Below are positions 62,250 to 64,000 of a DNA stretch of 64,000 nucleotides, piece by piece (the first letter of the stretch is position 1; each line of letters opens with the position of its first letter). The notes beneath the pieces are model-generated. The model was not told the DNA's origin and searched no databases. It was given only the letters and a program-made list of their open reading frames with translations. Position numbers and translations under genes: made by a program. The DNA is from Paraspadella gotoi (taxonomy: Eukaryota; Animalia; Chaetognatha). Location of the stretch: positions 14,749,694 through 14,813,693 of the forward strand of contig CM119267.1 of the NCBI GenBank assembly GCA_051294375.1, read 5' to 3'.

Positions 62250-63933
62250 ATGGACAAAACGGCATCGAAATCGCATCCGGCGTCTCTCGCGACGCGGGCG
62301 TGGCTCCTGGCGTCGACGGCCGCGCTGCTGGCGGCGTCGGGCGGCGCGGTCCGCGTCGAACGTCACCTGGCGGTGGAGGGCGAGGACGCGGCCTTCGTGG
62401 CGGTCGGCGGCGGCGCGTGGATCCGCCTTCCGCAAGAGGGCAACGGGAACCTCGCCTTCCAGATGCTCAGCTCAGACGGAGAGAACGTCATCGACGCTTC
62501 CGTAGACAAGAAGAAATTCATCTTTAAAAAGATGGAGAGTGGAAAGTGAGAGAGAGGGGGTCTGAGGGGGTCTGAGGGGGTTGCGAAAGTGGGGTCGGGC
62601 TGGGTTAAGTCACTCTTTAATTCTGACTCGATGAAAGATTTCTAAAGGGACAAGTGATGAGAATTGGCGGTTAGTAGGAAGATGATAGTAATGATTCATT
62701 AGTCAGTAATGTCAATTCGGGTGGAACGGCTGGAAGACGAAGTGTCAGATGTGACGATGCCACATGTCAAGGATAACCTGTCATTAGGAAGAATCAAGGG
62801 CGAGATTTTTGACTTCTTCCTTCTTTTTAACTAAATATTCTTTGACTTGAGAGAATCGTGCGATCAAATCTAATGGCATTTTTTCCATCCCAACGACCAA
62901 TATCCGAATACTATTAATCATTTTTCCCCTTACCCCGAAACCCCCCGCCAAGATTCAAACTGATCATCAAGGGCGTGACGTTCGCCGACGCGGGAACCTA
63001 CGGATGCGGGAACAACTACAAGTTCGAACTGGAAGTCGTCACGAAACCCGAATGCGTCAAGTTGACCCACGATTTGTACGAGAATCAAATGACGAAGTTT
63101 CAGTGTCGATCCCGCGTCACGTCAACCGATCTCATCGTCCCGATGAACTGGACATTTAGGAAGAAGACCAAACAGGTTCGTCGAAAGGAGTCCAGGGATC
63201 TGGGATGAGCAATTGGAGGAGGGTCATTGGGCGAGAGTGGGCGGGTCTCGCGACGCTGGATTTCCGTTTGGTTTCGTGACGTTGATGGACAAGTCGTGGA
63301 AGACGTCGAATTGTTAAATGGTCCGAGTCATTTGTCGTCGTCGTCGTCGTCGTCGTCGTCAGATTTCACGCTGTCAGTCCATTCGTCTTCTTTGTTTTTG
63401 AAAAAAAAAAAAAAAAAAAAAAGATAAAAATTTCTCTTTTAATTTTTTTTCTCGTTATTTCTAATTGTCATTTTGAGTCGCATCGAATATGAAAGTCGAT
63501 GAATGACGACGATTGATGAAGAGAGTCTTTCCGCTTTTTTTCGATCTTTTTTTTTTTCAGTGATTAATAGACTTGAGGTGATTTAGTGTCAACTCGAGAC
63601 ATCGACAAATTTGTGGAAAAAAAAAGTTTACGGAACGGCTAAAGTCATATTTAATAAAAATTGATAAAATAGTTTTAAAAAATTATTACAGATGCACAAA
63701 AAAGATATGAAATTAGTATAATACTAAATAGATATTATTTTAATTTCGCGACGACCAGGGTTCCCTAAGTCAAGAGAAAGACTCTATCATCTCCTCCTAC
63801 GCTCTGACTCCGTCCATGGAAGACAACGGACAAGACCTGACCTGCGCATGGGCCGCGTCGACGGTTGGATCACCTCCAAGACCGCCGACGCCAAATGTCA
63901 CTTTGACGATCTCAACGTTCGCTTCAACCCGAG
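62250..63933 (+). CDS. Immunoglobulin-superfamily cell-surface protein (5' part; continues beyond window)
   Basis: A signal peptide AWLLASTAALLAASGGA is followed by Ig1 ending KLIIKGVTFADAGTYGC and Ig2 FQCRSR...MNW...SSYALTPSMEDNGQDLTC. Exons lie at about 62250-62545, 62953-63175 and 63759-63933, with an apparent 1-nt frameshift near 63847. Confidence 0.75.
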
Positions 63934-64000
63934 GTGCGTCGCTATCATCGTCGTCCCAATTTCTGGGTTCGGCCTATCGAAACCGGATTACTTTTTTTTA

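Overview
This is intron-rich, AT-rich animal (invertebrate) nuclear DNA with short GT-AG introns and many (GA)n microsatellites. It is not prokaryotic, and I found no rRNA, tRNA or CRISPR array. All gene models below are manual splice reconstructions without RNA data. In order, the window holds: (1) a tight, co-oriented + strand cluster of eight genes (3' part of ABCB10-like, MpaB/Lcp-type DUF2236 oxygenase, MEMO1, TRMO, HDDC3/MESH1, TMEM234 and two small orphans), with spacers as short as 54 nt, resembling a trans-spliced eukaryotic operon; (2) a stand-alone J-domain + HEPN 'mini-sacsin'; (3) a double-WAP secreted protein; (4) a large - strand low-complexity locus with two huge repeat exons; (5) an NGF-family neurotrophin whose first intron holds spliced antisense Lys/Glu-repeat exons; (6) a 9-unit polyubiquitin with introns only in its first and last units; (7) HPD; (8) an uncharacterised gene; (9) an LMO7/Smallish-like LIM gene; and (10) the 5' part of an Ig-superfamily gene. 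Apparent single-base indels suggest residual assembly errors, so some frames are uncertain.
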